This document shows, one piece after another, positions 1 through 8,205 of a DNA stretch of 64,000 nucleotides. Source of the stretch: Sideroxydans sp. (GTDB taxonomy: Bacteria > Pseudomonadota > Gammaproteobacteria > Burkholderiales > Gallionellaceae). The notes under the pieces were generated by a model. That model searched no databases, was not told the origin of the DNA, and saw nothing but the letters and a program-made list of their open reading frames with translations. Location: positions 31,085-95,084 of the forward strand of contig JBAYIG010000002.1 in NCBI GenBank assembly GCA_041665725.1. The letters run 5' to 3'. The first letter of the stretch is position 1. The number at the start of each line of letters is the position of its first letter. The translations under genes were made by a program, and so were the position numbers.

Positions 1-1473
1 TTCGGTGGTTTCGCACCGCCTGAATTGGCACAGCGTATCGACGATTCCACTCCTAAGGTCATCCTCACCGCTTCATGCGGCATCGAGATCAAGCGCGTCA
101 TCGAGTACATGCCTTTGCTCAACAAAGCCATCGACTTGTCGAAACATAAACCGCAAAGCTGCGTGGTGTTCCAACGTCCGCAATGCAACGCACCGCTCGT
201 TGCAGGACGCGACCATGATTGGGCGACCTTGCTGGCAAAATCAAAAGCGGTGGGTTGCACACCGGTGAAAGGCAGCGACCCGCTGTACATCCTCTACACA
301 TCAGGCACGACGGGAAAACCCAAAGGCGTGGTGCGCGAGAACGGCGGCCATGCAGTCGCATTGAAGTACAGCATGAAGGCGATCTACAACGTGGATGCAG
401 GCGATGTGTTCTGGGCTGCGTCGGACGTGGGTTGGGTGGTCGGCCACTCTTACATCGTGTATGGCCCGCTGCTGCAAGGCTGCACGACCATCGTGTATGA
501 AGGCAAACCCATCATGACGCCGGATGCCGGCGCGTTGTGGCGTCTCATCTCAGAATACAAAGTGAAATCGTTCTTCACCGCCCCCACCGCGTTCCGCGCA
601 GTGAAGAAAGAAGACCCCGATGCTTTGCTGATGAAGCCATATGACTTGAGCAAGTTGCAAGTCATCTTCTCCGCAGGCGAACGTCTCGATCCACCGACAC
701 AAGAATGGCTCACCGAGAAGAGTGGCAAAACAGTTGTAGATCACTGGTGGCAGACCGAAACGGGTTGGGGCATCACCGCCAACTTGTGGGGTGTGGAACC
801 CAAGCCAGTGAAGCTTGGCTCCTCTACCCTGCCCACTCCCGGCTTCGATGTGCGCATCTTGGATGAGAACGGCAAACAGATGGCTGCCAATGAACAAGGC
901 TACATCGCCATCAAGTTGCCGCTGCCTCCTTCATGTATGAATCGCGTGTGGGGCGACGACGACAAATTCCGTGAGGGATATCTGCAATTCTTGCCCGGCT
1001 ACTACACCACCGGTGACGGCGGCTACATCGACGATGAAGGCTATGTGTTCGTGATGGGCCGCGTGGACGATGTCATCAACGTGGCAGGTCACCGCCTCTC
1101 CACGGGTGAGATCGAAGAAGTGGTGGCAGGCCATCCCGCCGTTGCGGAATGTGCCGTCATCGCGCGCGACGACGACCTGAAAGGACAAGTGCCGATGGGC
1201 TTGGTGGTGCTGAAGTCCGGCGCAACGATAGACGATGCCGTGCTGCAAAAGGAACTGGTTGCCCGCGTACGCGAAGCCATCGGTGCCATCACCTGCTACA
1301 AAGACACCGTCATCTTGAAGCGCTTGCCCAAGACTCGCTCCGGCAAGACCTTGCGCAAGACACTGAACAAGATCGTCAACGGCCAAGAGTACCAAGTGCC
1401 CTCCACCATCGACGATCCGGGTGTCATTCCTGAGATCATCGAGATTCTGAAACAACAGGGTTTCGTGAAGTAA
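1..1473 (+). CDS. AMP-forming acyl-CoA synthetase (propionate/acetate-CoA ligase family), 5' end cut by window edge
   Basis: Frame +1 is open from nt 1 (FGGFAPPELAQRIDD...), so the TTG at 25 is not the true start. AMP-binding signature YTSGTTGKPKG; GYYTTGDGGYIDDEGY..GRVDDVINVAGHRL hinge; C-terminal PKTRSGKTLRK lysine motif. Stop TAA 1471-1473. Confidence 0.85.
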   Translation, partial: FGGFAPPELAQRIDDSTPKVILTASCGIEIKRVIEYMPLLNKAIDLSKHKPQSCVVFQRPQCNAPLVAGRDHDWATLLAKSKAVGCTPVKGSDPLYILYTSGTTGKPKGVVRENGGHAVALKYSMKAIYNVDAGDVFWAASDVGWVVGHSYIVYGPLLQGCTTIVYEGKPIMTPDAGALWRLISEYKVKSFFTAPTAFRAVKKEDPDALLMKPYDLSKLQVIFSAGERLDPPTQEWLTEKSGKTVVDHWWQTETGWGITANLWGVEPKPVKLGSSTLPTPGFDVRILDENGKQMAANEQGYIAIKLPLPPSCMNRVWGDDDKFREGYLQFLPGYYTTGDGGYIDDEGYVFVMGRVDDVINVAGHRLSTGEIEEVVAGHPAVAECAVIARDDDLKGQVPMGLVVLKSGATIDDAVLQKELVARVREAIGAITCYKDTVILKRLPKTRSGKTLRKTLNKIVNGQEYQVPSTIDDPGVIPEIIEILKQQGFVK

Positions 1474-1498
1474 TGTTTAGCGCTTCAAAATGAAAAAG

Positions 1499-1522
1499 GC
1501 TCACAGTGATGTGAGCTTTTTT
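1499..1522 (+). terminator. Rho-independent terminator after the acyl-CoA synthetase gene
   Basis: Stem gctcac (1499-1504) / gtgagc (1511-1516), 6-nt loop, then TTTTTT; preceded by an A-run. Confidence 0.7.
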
Positions 1523-1767
1523 CTTTGGGACTTATGAAGCTGCTTGTCGACCATAACTGCCGTTGATTTATCACGATGCCACCGTCCGTATTGGCCGAGC
1601 TTGTGCCGTTCAGCAAGCTGAATATTGGTTTCAATTTTCGGCCTATCCATCTCATCACACAAAACCTATTCCTCGCAATATATTTACGGTTCTTCGTATA
1701 TACGTTAAAGTAATGAAAGCAGTCACAGAGTGTTCTTGAAACACCATGTAATACCTAGGAGAGAGTT

Positions 1768-2217
1768 ATGTCAAATATCGCAACCTTGTTTAAGGAGGAG
1801 ATCTCGCGCCTATCTCGTAAAGAGGTGCGCAGCGAGACAGACAACTTAAAGAAATCATCATCACAATACAGAACAGATATCGCTTCATTAAAACGCAGAG
1901 TCGATGCAAATGAGAAACAACTTTCACGCCTAACCAAACAAATCTCAACGCAGATCGATGTGTCATCAAACTCGGATGTGAAAACCCGAGCTCGTTTTAC
2001 TGCGAAGGGATTCAAGACGCTCAGGCTACGTTTGGGGCTGACTGCTGATGTATTGGCAGGCTTGCTAGGTGTGTCATCGGTAACCATCTATGGTTGGGAA
2101 GCAGGTAAGTCGAAACCTCGTGAGGCGCAGTTGGTAAAGATTGTCGCCCTTAGAGAGATGGGCAAGAAGGATGTTGCAGCAATCCTGCAAAGACTTAGTG
2201 ACAAGTACAAGGTATAG
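1768..2217 (+). CDS. Coiled-coil plus XRE/Cro-type helix-turn-helix protein (hypothetical regulator)
   Basis: 149-aa ORF with SD-like AGGAGAG just upstream of the ATG. Charged, heptad-like N-terminal half. C-terminal GLTADVLAGLLGVSSVTIYGWEAGKSKP matches the XRE HTH pattern. Lies in a low-GC stretch (22/60 G+C at 1861-1920). Confidence 0.65.
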   Translation: MSNIATLFKEEISRLSRKEVRSETDNLKKSSSQYRTDIASLKRRVDANEKQLSRLTKQISTQIDVSSNSDVKTRARFTAKGFKTLRLRLGLTADVLAGLLGVSSVTIYGWEAGKSKPREAQLVKIVALREMGKKDVAAILQRLSDKYKV

Positions 2218-2268
2218 GTTGGTATAGATTCGATATAGACCGAGGTCTATATATTCCGGCATATAGAC
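2211..2268. repeat. Cluster of five TATAG(A) motifs including a perfect 8-bp inverted repeat
   Basis: GGTATAG at 2211 and 2221; ATATAGAC at 2233-2240; its reverse complement GTCTATAT at 2245-2252 (4-nt spacer); ATATAGAC again at 2261-2268. The cluster starts on the stop codon of the HTH gene. Confidence 0.6.
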
Positions 2269-2564
2269 ACTTTTCTGCCCCATGGCGTGCCTGATTAGTG
2301 ATGGCTAGTAAATATTATTTCAGGCTGATGATTTCTATCCATTGCCCAGATTTATCTTTTTCGGCGCACCAATTTTGCATTAATATCAATCAGTTACAGC
2401 GATAGCTGTGGCCGCTTTTTATTTTAAGCGTGAGCCTTGCGTGACTTTTTCCAAACTTTCATTGAAAGTTGACGATTGTTCCTCTGAAATGGTTTCCCAA
2501 CCAACCTTCCAATCCATTGTTTTTATTAGATACCACTTCGCGCCAGATGTAAAATTTCTGGATG

Positions 2565-2870
2565 CTAGAAGGGTGTTATACCACCACACCAAGTACTCAA
2601 CAGTTTGTCAGCTGATTTTCCAAAAATAATATTTTGCGTTTCCTTCTCGGCCACAAGAGATAGTGGCGATTTGTTGATGTGAGGAAAATTCCAGATCGCG
2701 GTAATGTCCGCTTCACAACTAACTACGGTCATTGATCGACACTGATGAGTTGATGCTCGGGTGACGTTTCCTAACCCTAAGCGGTCATTGATGAGACCAA
2801 TTGCATGCTGCACCCTATTAGCTGAAATGTTGAGTTCCATGCGACGCAATACCAGTTGGTTATTCCACAC
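2565..2870 (-). CDS. Hypothetical protein (weak call, GTG start, possibly gene debris)
   Basis: 101-codon ORF from the track, 12 nt downstream of the secreted-protein gene. No recognisable motif and a weak SD. All three minus frames downstream (2400-2565) hold short open segments. Confidence 0.25.
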   Translation of the reverse strand: MWNNQLVLRRMELNISANRVQHAIGLINDRLGLGNVTRASTHQCRSMTVVSCEADITAIWNFPHINKSPLSLVAEKETQNIIFGKSADKLLSTWCGGITPF

Positions 2871-2881
2871 CCCACGTTATT

Positions 2882-3532
2882 TCATCTGGTGTAGGGATTA
2901 CGGCAATTATTTTTATCTTCATCACAAATAACCGCAGAGATTATGGATTGCAGGTAAGCCGTTGCAGTGTTTTCTTCAATAGCCCATGGAGATGCTTTCA
3001 CTTCTACCTCACTTTGAGGTCGCCAACTGTACTGAATAAGGTGTATGAAGTCCTTACCCTCGATCAAAGCTACATATGCCCCCTCGCCATAGGGGATGTT
3101 CGGCCCAACTAGGCCGCAATACCAACCGCCAACAGAAAAATACAGCCCACCAAATGTGTTTACTCGCTGAGCAGTTGGGACATATTGCCCTTTGCAAATT
3201 TCCCTTGTTTGATTTGCTAATTGAATCAACCCAACATCGGCTACTTTGGCTTTCAATTTAGATATCTGTTCTCTAATATCGGCTGATGGATATGGAGCCC
3301 TGCGAATTAACAGAAGGCCACTTTTCCAAGACAACACATCCTCACCATCCTTAATATATTCAGCAAAATATTCACCATCTGGCTTGCCTATCATCCATGC
3401 CAGTTTCCAACCAGCAGGAGGAGTGATGTCAATCCTTTCTCCCTTAACAGAAAAAGGTTCGCCACCAGTTTCGGCGTAGGAGTTGGAAGTAATTAGATAG
3501 ATAGCAACGGTTAGGAACAATAGATGTTTCAT
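2882..3532 (-). CDS. Secreted protein of unknown function
   Basis: 216-aa ORF with a signal-peptide-like N-terminus MKHLLFLTVAIYLITSNSYA/ETGG. No domain recognised. Low-GC like its neighbours. Confidence 0.6.
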   Translation of the reverse strand: MKHLLFLTVAIYLITSNSYAETGGEPFSVKGERIDITPPAGWKLAWMIGKPDGEYFAEYIKDGEDVLSWKSGLLLIRRAPYPSADIREQISKLKAKVADVGLIQLANQTREICKGQYVPTAQRVNTFGGLYFSVGGWYCGLVGPNIPYGEGAYVALIEGKDFIHLIQYSWRPQSEVEVKASPWAIEENTATAYLQSIISAVICDEDKNNCRNPYTR

Positions 3533-3697
3533 TAAGTCTGCTCCAGAAGTTCAAGAGGTCAGCGACGAAGTTGTATTGGATAGTTGTTGAGCTTATTCGA
3601 AACCTAACCCGCCATTGCAGCTTGGGCAATATGCAAAATTATCTATGCCCGGCCCATATATCGAAAGGCCGCTTCTGGCAGATTGCCGCCACCCACC

Positions 3698-4633
3698 TCA
3701 CCCCAGCAGATTAGCCACCGTCAACATCATCAGCACGATGAGTTGGAACACCAGCGCCCGCCAGACTAGGCCGATGGCGCTTTGCATGTAGTCGGCATCG
3801 GCATCGTCTCCTGTGCCGATCTCAGGGCGAAACACGGGCGCTTCATCGAGCACGATGGTCTGCCCTAGCTTCACGCCGAGTGCGCCAGCACCGCTGGTGA
3901 GCAAGATGCCCTCTTCGGCATCGAGCCAAGTGGATGCTTGATTGCGCCAGCAGTAGGCGGTGTCTTCAAAGTTGCCCACGATGGCGAAGGTGGATGCGGT
4001 GAGACGTAGCGGTAACCATTCCATGATGTGATGCGCTTGTCGTGCGAACACGCCGAAGTCACCGAACTCTGCCTTGTCCTTGCCACCCCACTCCGCCCCC
4101 AAGAACAAGGCGATGCGGTAGATGATGGCGCCGATGGGACCTAGCCCCAACATCATGAAGATGACGAACCAGAATACGACGCCGAACACGTTACGGTGCG
4201 AGGCGAGCAAGGCTTGTTCGATGGTGACGCGCGCCACTTCTTCGCTGCTCAATTCGCTGCATGACTTGCCACTCCATGCCGTCAGCAGGGCGCGTGCTTT
4301 ATCCAGCTCGTTGTCGCGCAGTGCTTTGTGGATGTCGGTGAAGTAATGGCTGAACTTGCGGAAGCCCATGGTGAGGTAAAGCACCAACACGCTGAACGCC
4401 CAAGCGAAGATGGGATTAGCCCCAAGCAATATCCAATGGATGGTGCTGACCACCACGAGCGGAACCGCGATGGCGAGTATCCAAGCGATGCGGCCATGCT
4501 TGTGTTCGCCTGCATTGAAGTTGCGTTGAAAGAAGTCCACATAGGCAGCGAGCCACGTGTAGAGATACTTGCGTGAAGAGATGGGTTGTAGCTGTTCCAG
4601 CAGGAAGGCGGTGATCAAAGAGAGCAGGCTCAT
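3698..4633 (-). CDS. CobD/CbiB-family (AmpE-like) integral membrane protein
   Basis: 311 aa, N-terminus MSLLSLITAFLLEQLQP, several hydrophobic segments. Overall pattern resembles the CobD/CbiB-AmpE family as I remember it. Confidence 0.7.
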   Translation of the reverse strand: MSLLSLITAFLLEQLQPISSRKYLYTWLAAYVDFFQRNFNAGEHKHGRIAWILAIAVPLVVVSTIHWILLGANPIFAWAFSVLVLYLTMGFRKFSHYFTDIHKALRDNELDKARALLTAWSGKSCSELSSEEVARVTIEQALLASHRNVFGVVFWFVIFMMLGLGPIGAIIYRIALFLGAEWGGKDKAEFGDFGVFARQAHHIMEWLPLRLTASTFAIVGNFEDTAYCWRNQASTWLDAEEGILLTSGAGALGVKLGQTIVLDEAPVFRPEIGTGDDADADYMQSAIGLVWRALVFQLIVLMMLTVANLLG

Positions 4634-4714
4634 GGCATCAATAGGGCATCAGACTCGGATGGGAGAAAGATACCACAAGCTTAACTCACAGATGATGTCG
4701 AAGAACCTCCCTCA

Positions 4715-4737
4715 CCCCTCTCCCACGGGGAGAGGGG
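4715..4737 (-). terminator. GC-rich stem-loop 11 nt downstream of cysN (REP-like or terminator)
   Basis: cccctctccc (4715-4724) pairs with gggagagggg (4728-4737) over a 3-nt loop. No clean U-tract follows on the minus strand. Confidence 0.45.
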
Positions 4738-4747
4738 ATAGAAGTTG

Positions 4748-6001
4748 CTAAGCGATCATGCCTGCGGCAACGGTGTTATTCGTCGCCTCGTCGATGACGA
4801 TGAAACTACCGGTAGCACGGTCGATCTCGTAGCTATCGAATACCAACGGTTGTTGCACCTTGATACCGACGCGCACGATGTCGTTCATATTGACGATCGG
4901 ATTGGCATGTTGTTCCAAGGTGTTCACATCCACGCGGTAGTCGATGCTGGAGAACAAGCACTTCGCCGTGCGGGTGGTGTGCTTGACCAGATACTTGCGG
5001 TTCTTATCCAACGATGCCTCGGACAACCAGCACAACATCGCATCGAAGCTCTTCTCCACCTTGGGTGGGTGCGCGCTTGTCTTGACGAACATGTCGCCGC
5101 GCGAGATGTCGATCTCGTCCGCCAGCGTCAGCGTGACTGATTGCGGAGCGAACGCGGTGAGCAGGCCGCCGTCGTAGGTGGAGATCTCTTTGACGGTGGT
5201 CGTGCGTCCGGATGGCAGCACGGTGATCTCGTCACCGACCGATATCTCGCCCGCTTCGATGCGCCCGGCGAACCCACGGAAATCGTGATGCTCCTCGGTC
5301 TGTGGACGGCATACCCACTGCACAGGGAAGCGGAAATCGCTGGTGTTCACATCGTGGTCTATCTCGATCTTTTCCAACAGTTCGAGTAAGGCTGGACCTT
5401 TATACCAATCCAGATTATCTCCACGATCCACCACCATATCCCCGTTCAGCGCGGACAGCGGGATGCAATGCACGTCGTGCAGATTCAGTTGCGTCGCAAA
5501 TGCCTTGTACTCGGCGACGATCTCGTCGAATCGCGCTTGCGAGTAGTCCACCATGTCCATCTTGTTCACCGCCAACACCACATGCGGTACGCCGACCAGA
5601 CTGGCGAGATAGGTATGGCGGCGCGTCTGCGTCAACACGCCTTTGCGCGCGTCGATGAGGATGACGACGAGGTTGGCCGTGCTTGCAGCCGTCACCATGT
5701 TGCGCGTGTACTGCTCATGCCCCGGCGTGTCGCCGATGATGAACTTACGCTTGGGCGTGGCGAAGTAACGATACGCCACGTCGATAGTGATGCCCTGCTC
5801 GCGCTCGGCTTGCAGGCCATCCGTCAACAAAGACAGATCGACCGCCGCCATGCCGCGCTTCTCGCTAGTCTTCGAGATGGCAGAGAACTGGTCTTCAAAG
5901 ATAGATTTGGAATCGTGCAGCAAGCGGCCGATGAGCGTGCTCTTGCCGTCGTCCACAGAGCCGGCAGTGATGAAACGAAGTAGTTGTGTAGTGTTGCTCA
6001 T
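4748..6001 (-). CDS. cysN: Sulfate adenylyltransferase subunit 1 (GTPase), no APS-kinase domain
   Basis: GSVDDGKSTLIGRLL P-loop, DTPGHEQY, NKMD G-motifs. Start taken at MSNTTQLL (ATG 6001), 1 nt after the cysD stop. The 14-codon upstream extension in the track is rejected. Confidence 0.93.
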   Translation of the reverse strand: MSNTTQLLRFITAGSVDDGKSTLIGRLLHDSKSIFEDQFSAISKTSEKRGMAAVDLSLLTDGLQAEREQGITIDVAYRYFATPKRKFIIGDTPGHEQYTRNMVTAASTANLVVILIDARKGVLTQTRRHTYLASLVGVPHVVLAVNKMDMVDYSQARFDEIVAEYKAFATQLNLHDVHCIPLSALNGDMVVDRGDNLDWYKGPALLELLEKIEIDHDVNTSDFRFPVQWVCRPQTEEHHDFRGFAGRIEAGEISVGDEITVLPSGRTTTVKEISTYDGGLLTAFAPQSVTLTLADEIDISRGDMFVKTSAHPPKVEKSFDAMLCWLSEASLDKNRKYLVKHTTRTAKCLFSSIDYRVDVNTLEQHANPIVNMNDIVRVGIKVQQPLVFDSYEIDRATGSFIVIDEATNNTVAAGMIA

Positions 6002-6002
6002 T

Positions 6003-6935
6003 TTAGAAATATCCTTCTTTTTTACGCAGTTCCATCGATGCATCCGAGGTCTGGTCGTCCATACGGGTCGCGCCGCGTTCGGTGATACGCGAGGTCGCGG
6101 TCTCTTCGATGATCTCGTCCACTGTGCTTGCCGTGGATTCGACAGGAGCGGTACAGGTCATGTCACCCACCGTGCGGAAACGCACCGAGACGACTTCCAC
6201 TTTCTCGCCCGGCTTGGGCTGCACCAGATGCGACACAGGGATCACGTTGCCACCGCGACGGATCACCTCCCGCTCATGCGCGAAGTAGATGTTCGGGATG
6301 AACAGCTTCTCGCGTCCGATATATTCCCAGATGTCCATCTCCGTCCAGTTGCTGATGGGGAACACACGGATGTTCTCGCCGTTATGCACGCGCGTGTTGT
6401 AGGTGTCCCACAACTCTGGACGCTGGTTCTTCGGATCCCACTGACCAAACTCGTCGCGGAAAGAGAAGATGCGCTCCTTGGCACGTGCCTTCTCTTCATC
6501 GCGGCGTGCACCGCCCATGCAAGCGTCGAAGCCGAACTCAGCGATGGTCTCCAACAGCGTCACCGATTGGAACGGGTTGCGTGGTTTACTCTCGTCCTTG
6601 ATGACGATGCTGCCGCGCTTGATGGAGTCTTCCAACGAACGCACGATGAGGCGCTCACCCAAGTCTGCCGCCAATTTGTCGCGGCAGGCGATGACTTCGG
6701 GGAAGTTGTGCTCGGTGTCGATGTGCACCAGCGGGAACGGGAATTTCGCTGGGCGGAACGCCTTCTCGGCCAAACGCAACATGACGATGGAATCTTTTCC
6801 GCCCGAGAACAGCAAGGCAGGGTTTTTGCACTCAGCTGCGACCTCGCGCATGATGTGGATGGATTCGCTCTCCAGCGTATCCAGATGTGACAGTGTGTGT
6901 GCGCTCATATTCTTCTCTACTAGTTTCATTGTCAT
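6003..6935 (-). CDS. cysD: Sulfate adenylyltransferase subunit 2
   Basis: LESESIHIMREVAAE, FSGGKDS PP-loop, GGARRDEEKARAKERIFSFRD, C-terminal ELRKKEGYF. These align by eye with E. coli CysD. Alternative ATGs at 6929 and 6908. Confidence 0.93.
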   Translation of the reverse strand: MTMKLVEKNMSAHTLSHLDTLESESIHIMREVAAECKNPALLFSGGKDSIVMLRLAEKAFRPAKFPFPLVHIDTEHNFPEVIACRDKLAADLGERLIVRSLEDSIKRGSIVIKDESKPRNPFQSVTLLETIAEFGFDACMGGARRDEEKARAKERIFSFRDEFGQWDPKNQRPELWDTYNTRVHNGENIRVFPISNWTEMDIWEYIGREKLFIPNIYFAHEREVIRRGGNVIPVSHLVQPKPGEKVEVVSVRFRTVGDMTCTAPVESTASTVDEIIEETATSRITERGATRMDDQTSDASMELRKKEGYF

Positions 6936-6964
6936 TCCTTTGCTGTTTCTGCCACGACCATCGG

Positions 6965-7696
6965 TCAGATCGCCGCGCCTTCGGTCAGCACCAGTTGCTC
7001 GTTACGTTTATTGCGATGGCTGTGCAGACCACATTCCTTGTGCACTGGGTCTTCCCACCACCAGCGTCCGGCACGAATATCCTCTCCCGGTGTGACGGCG
7101 CGTGTGCATGGTGCGCAACCCAGACTGGGGTAGAACTCATCGTGCAACTTGTTATACGGCACGTCGTATTGGCGGATGTAAGCCCATACGTCTTTGTTCG
7201 ACCAATCCAGCAAGGGGTTGAACTTCTGCAAGCCGTTGTCTGCATCAAAGGAGGAGGCCTCCAATGTGCCGCGCGTCACCGCTTGGTCACGGCGCATGCC
7301 GGTGATCCAGGCGTCTTTACCCTTCAGCGCGCGACGCAACGGCTCTACCTTGCGTACGAAGCAGCAACCCTTGCGACTCTCCACGCTGTCGTAGAAACCG
7401 TTGATACCTTGTTGCGCAACGTATTCCTCCACCAATTTGCTATCTGGAAAATAGACGTGCAAGGGAAGTGTGTACTGCTGACTCACTTCCTGTATCAGGT
7501 CGTAGGTCTCTTTCGGCAAGCGGCCCGTATCTAGACTGAACATGGCGATGCCGAGTTGGTTCTTGGCGATGATGTCGGTCAGCACCATGTCTTCTGCGCC
7601 AAGGCTGTTGGCGAAAACGACTTGCTGGAATTCGCTCGTTGCCTGTTTCAGCACAGCCACGGTGGCGTCTATCTTTTCTTGCAATGTACTCATCAT
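6965..7696 (-). CDS. cysH: Adenylyl-sulfate (APS)/PAPS reductase, Fe-S type
   Basis: C-terminal ECGLH motif, plus the CC pair (RKGCCFVRK) and CxxC (GCAPCT) typical of 4Fe-4S assimilatory APS reductases. ATGA overlap with the DUF934 gene. Confidence 0.9.
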   Translation of the reverse strand: MMSTLQEKIDATVAVLKQATSEFQQVVFANSLGAEDMVLTDIIAKNQLGIAMFSLDTGRLPKETYDLIQEVSQQYTLPLHVYFPDSKLVEEYVAQQGINGFYDSVESRKGCCFVRKVEPLRRALKGKDAWITGMRRDQAVTRGTLEASSFDADNGLQKFNPLLDWSNKDVWAYIRQYDVPYNKLHDEFYPSLGCAPCTRAVTPGEDIRAGRWWWEDPVHKECGLHSHRNKRNEQLVLTEGAAI

Positions 7697-8205
7697 GCGA
7701 CTCCTCTTGCTACGCGATTGAACAAAGGCGCTACGACATCCACCGATGCTTGGTATTTCACTGAGAACGTATCGAAACCTGACAGCGCCCTCTGCAGGTT
7801 TTGATCCGCGCGCATTGCGAAACTGTCGAAGCCCACGCGTTTCAGGTAGGACAACTGGTCCAGCAACACATCTCCCATCGCACGCAGTTCGCCGCGATAG
7901 TCGTATTGCTTGCGCAGTCGGTAGGCCAACGTGTAGCCGCGTCCATCGGTGTATTTATGGATATCGATGGCGATCACCGGGAAGCGGTTCACGTCATCCG
8001 GAATATCCTCTGCACGCTCCAACCCGCCCAGCCACAGTCCCAGCTCGCGGCGTTCGCACAGGGCGTCCCACTGGCAGTTCCACACCGGCAGCGGCACCAG
8101 ATATTTGCCTTGGGGCACCGCGATGCTGTCGGCCGCATCACCTTCGTGCAGGCGCAACACCTGCCATGTATCGTTCACCACTTGTTTGTCTTTGATGATC
8201 TCCAT
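7693..8205 (-). CDS. DUF934-family protein associated with sulfite reductase
   Basis: 170 aa, positioned between cysI and cysH as DUF934 usually is. Stop overlaps the cysH start (ATGA) and its start abuts the cysI stop. Confidence 0.75.
   Translation of the reverse strand: MEIIKDKQVVNDTWQVLRLHEGDAADSIAVPQGKYLVPLPVWNCQWDALCERRELGLWLGGLERAEDIPDDVNRFPVIAIDIHKYTDGRGYTLAYRLRKQYDYRGELRAMGDVLLDQLSYLKRVGFDSFAMRADQNLQRALSGFDTFSVKYQASVDVVAPLFNRVARGVA

Noticed and set aside
2290-2565. Interpreting 2290-2870 as a single frameshifted pseudogene.
   Set aside because: All three minus frames contain short open stretches, but none shows a recognisable motif. In AT-rich DNA this is also expected by chance. 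Only the track ORF 2565-2870 is listed, at low confidence.
5787-6890. 367-aa plus-strand ORF from the track, and similar long antisense ORFs (8965-10029, 38225-39019, 41197-41964, 43116-43814, 58256-59074, 59085-59876).
   Set aside because: Each lies entirely opposite a gene with unmistakable family motifs (cysD/cysN, cysI, tamA, ABC exporter, clsB, flavoprotein, MFS). Their translations are Arg/His/Ala-rich low-complexity strings with no motif, as expected for antisense frames of GC-rich genes.
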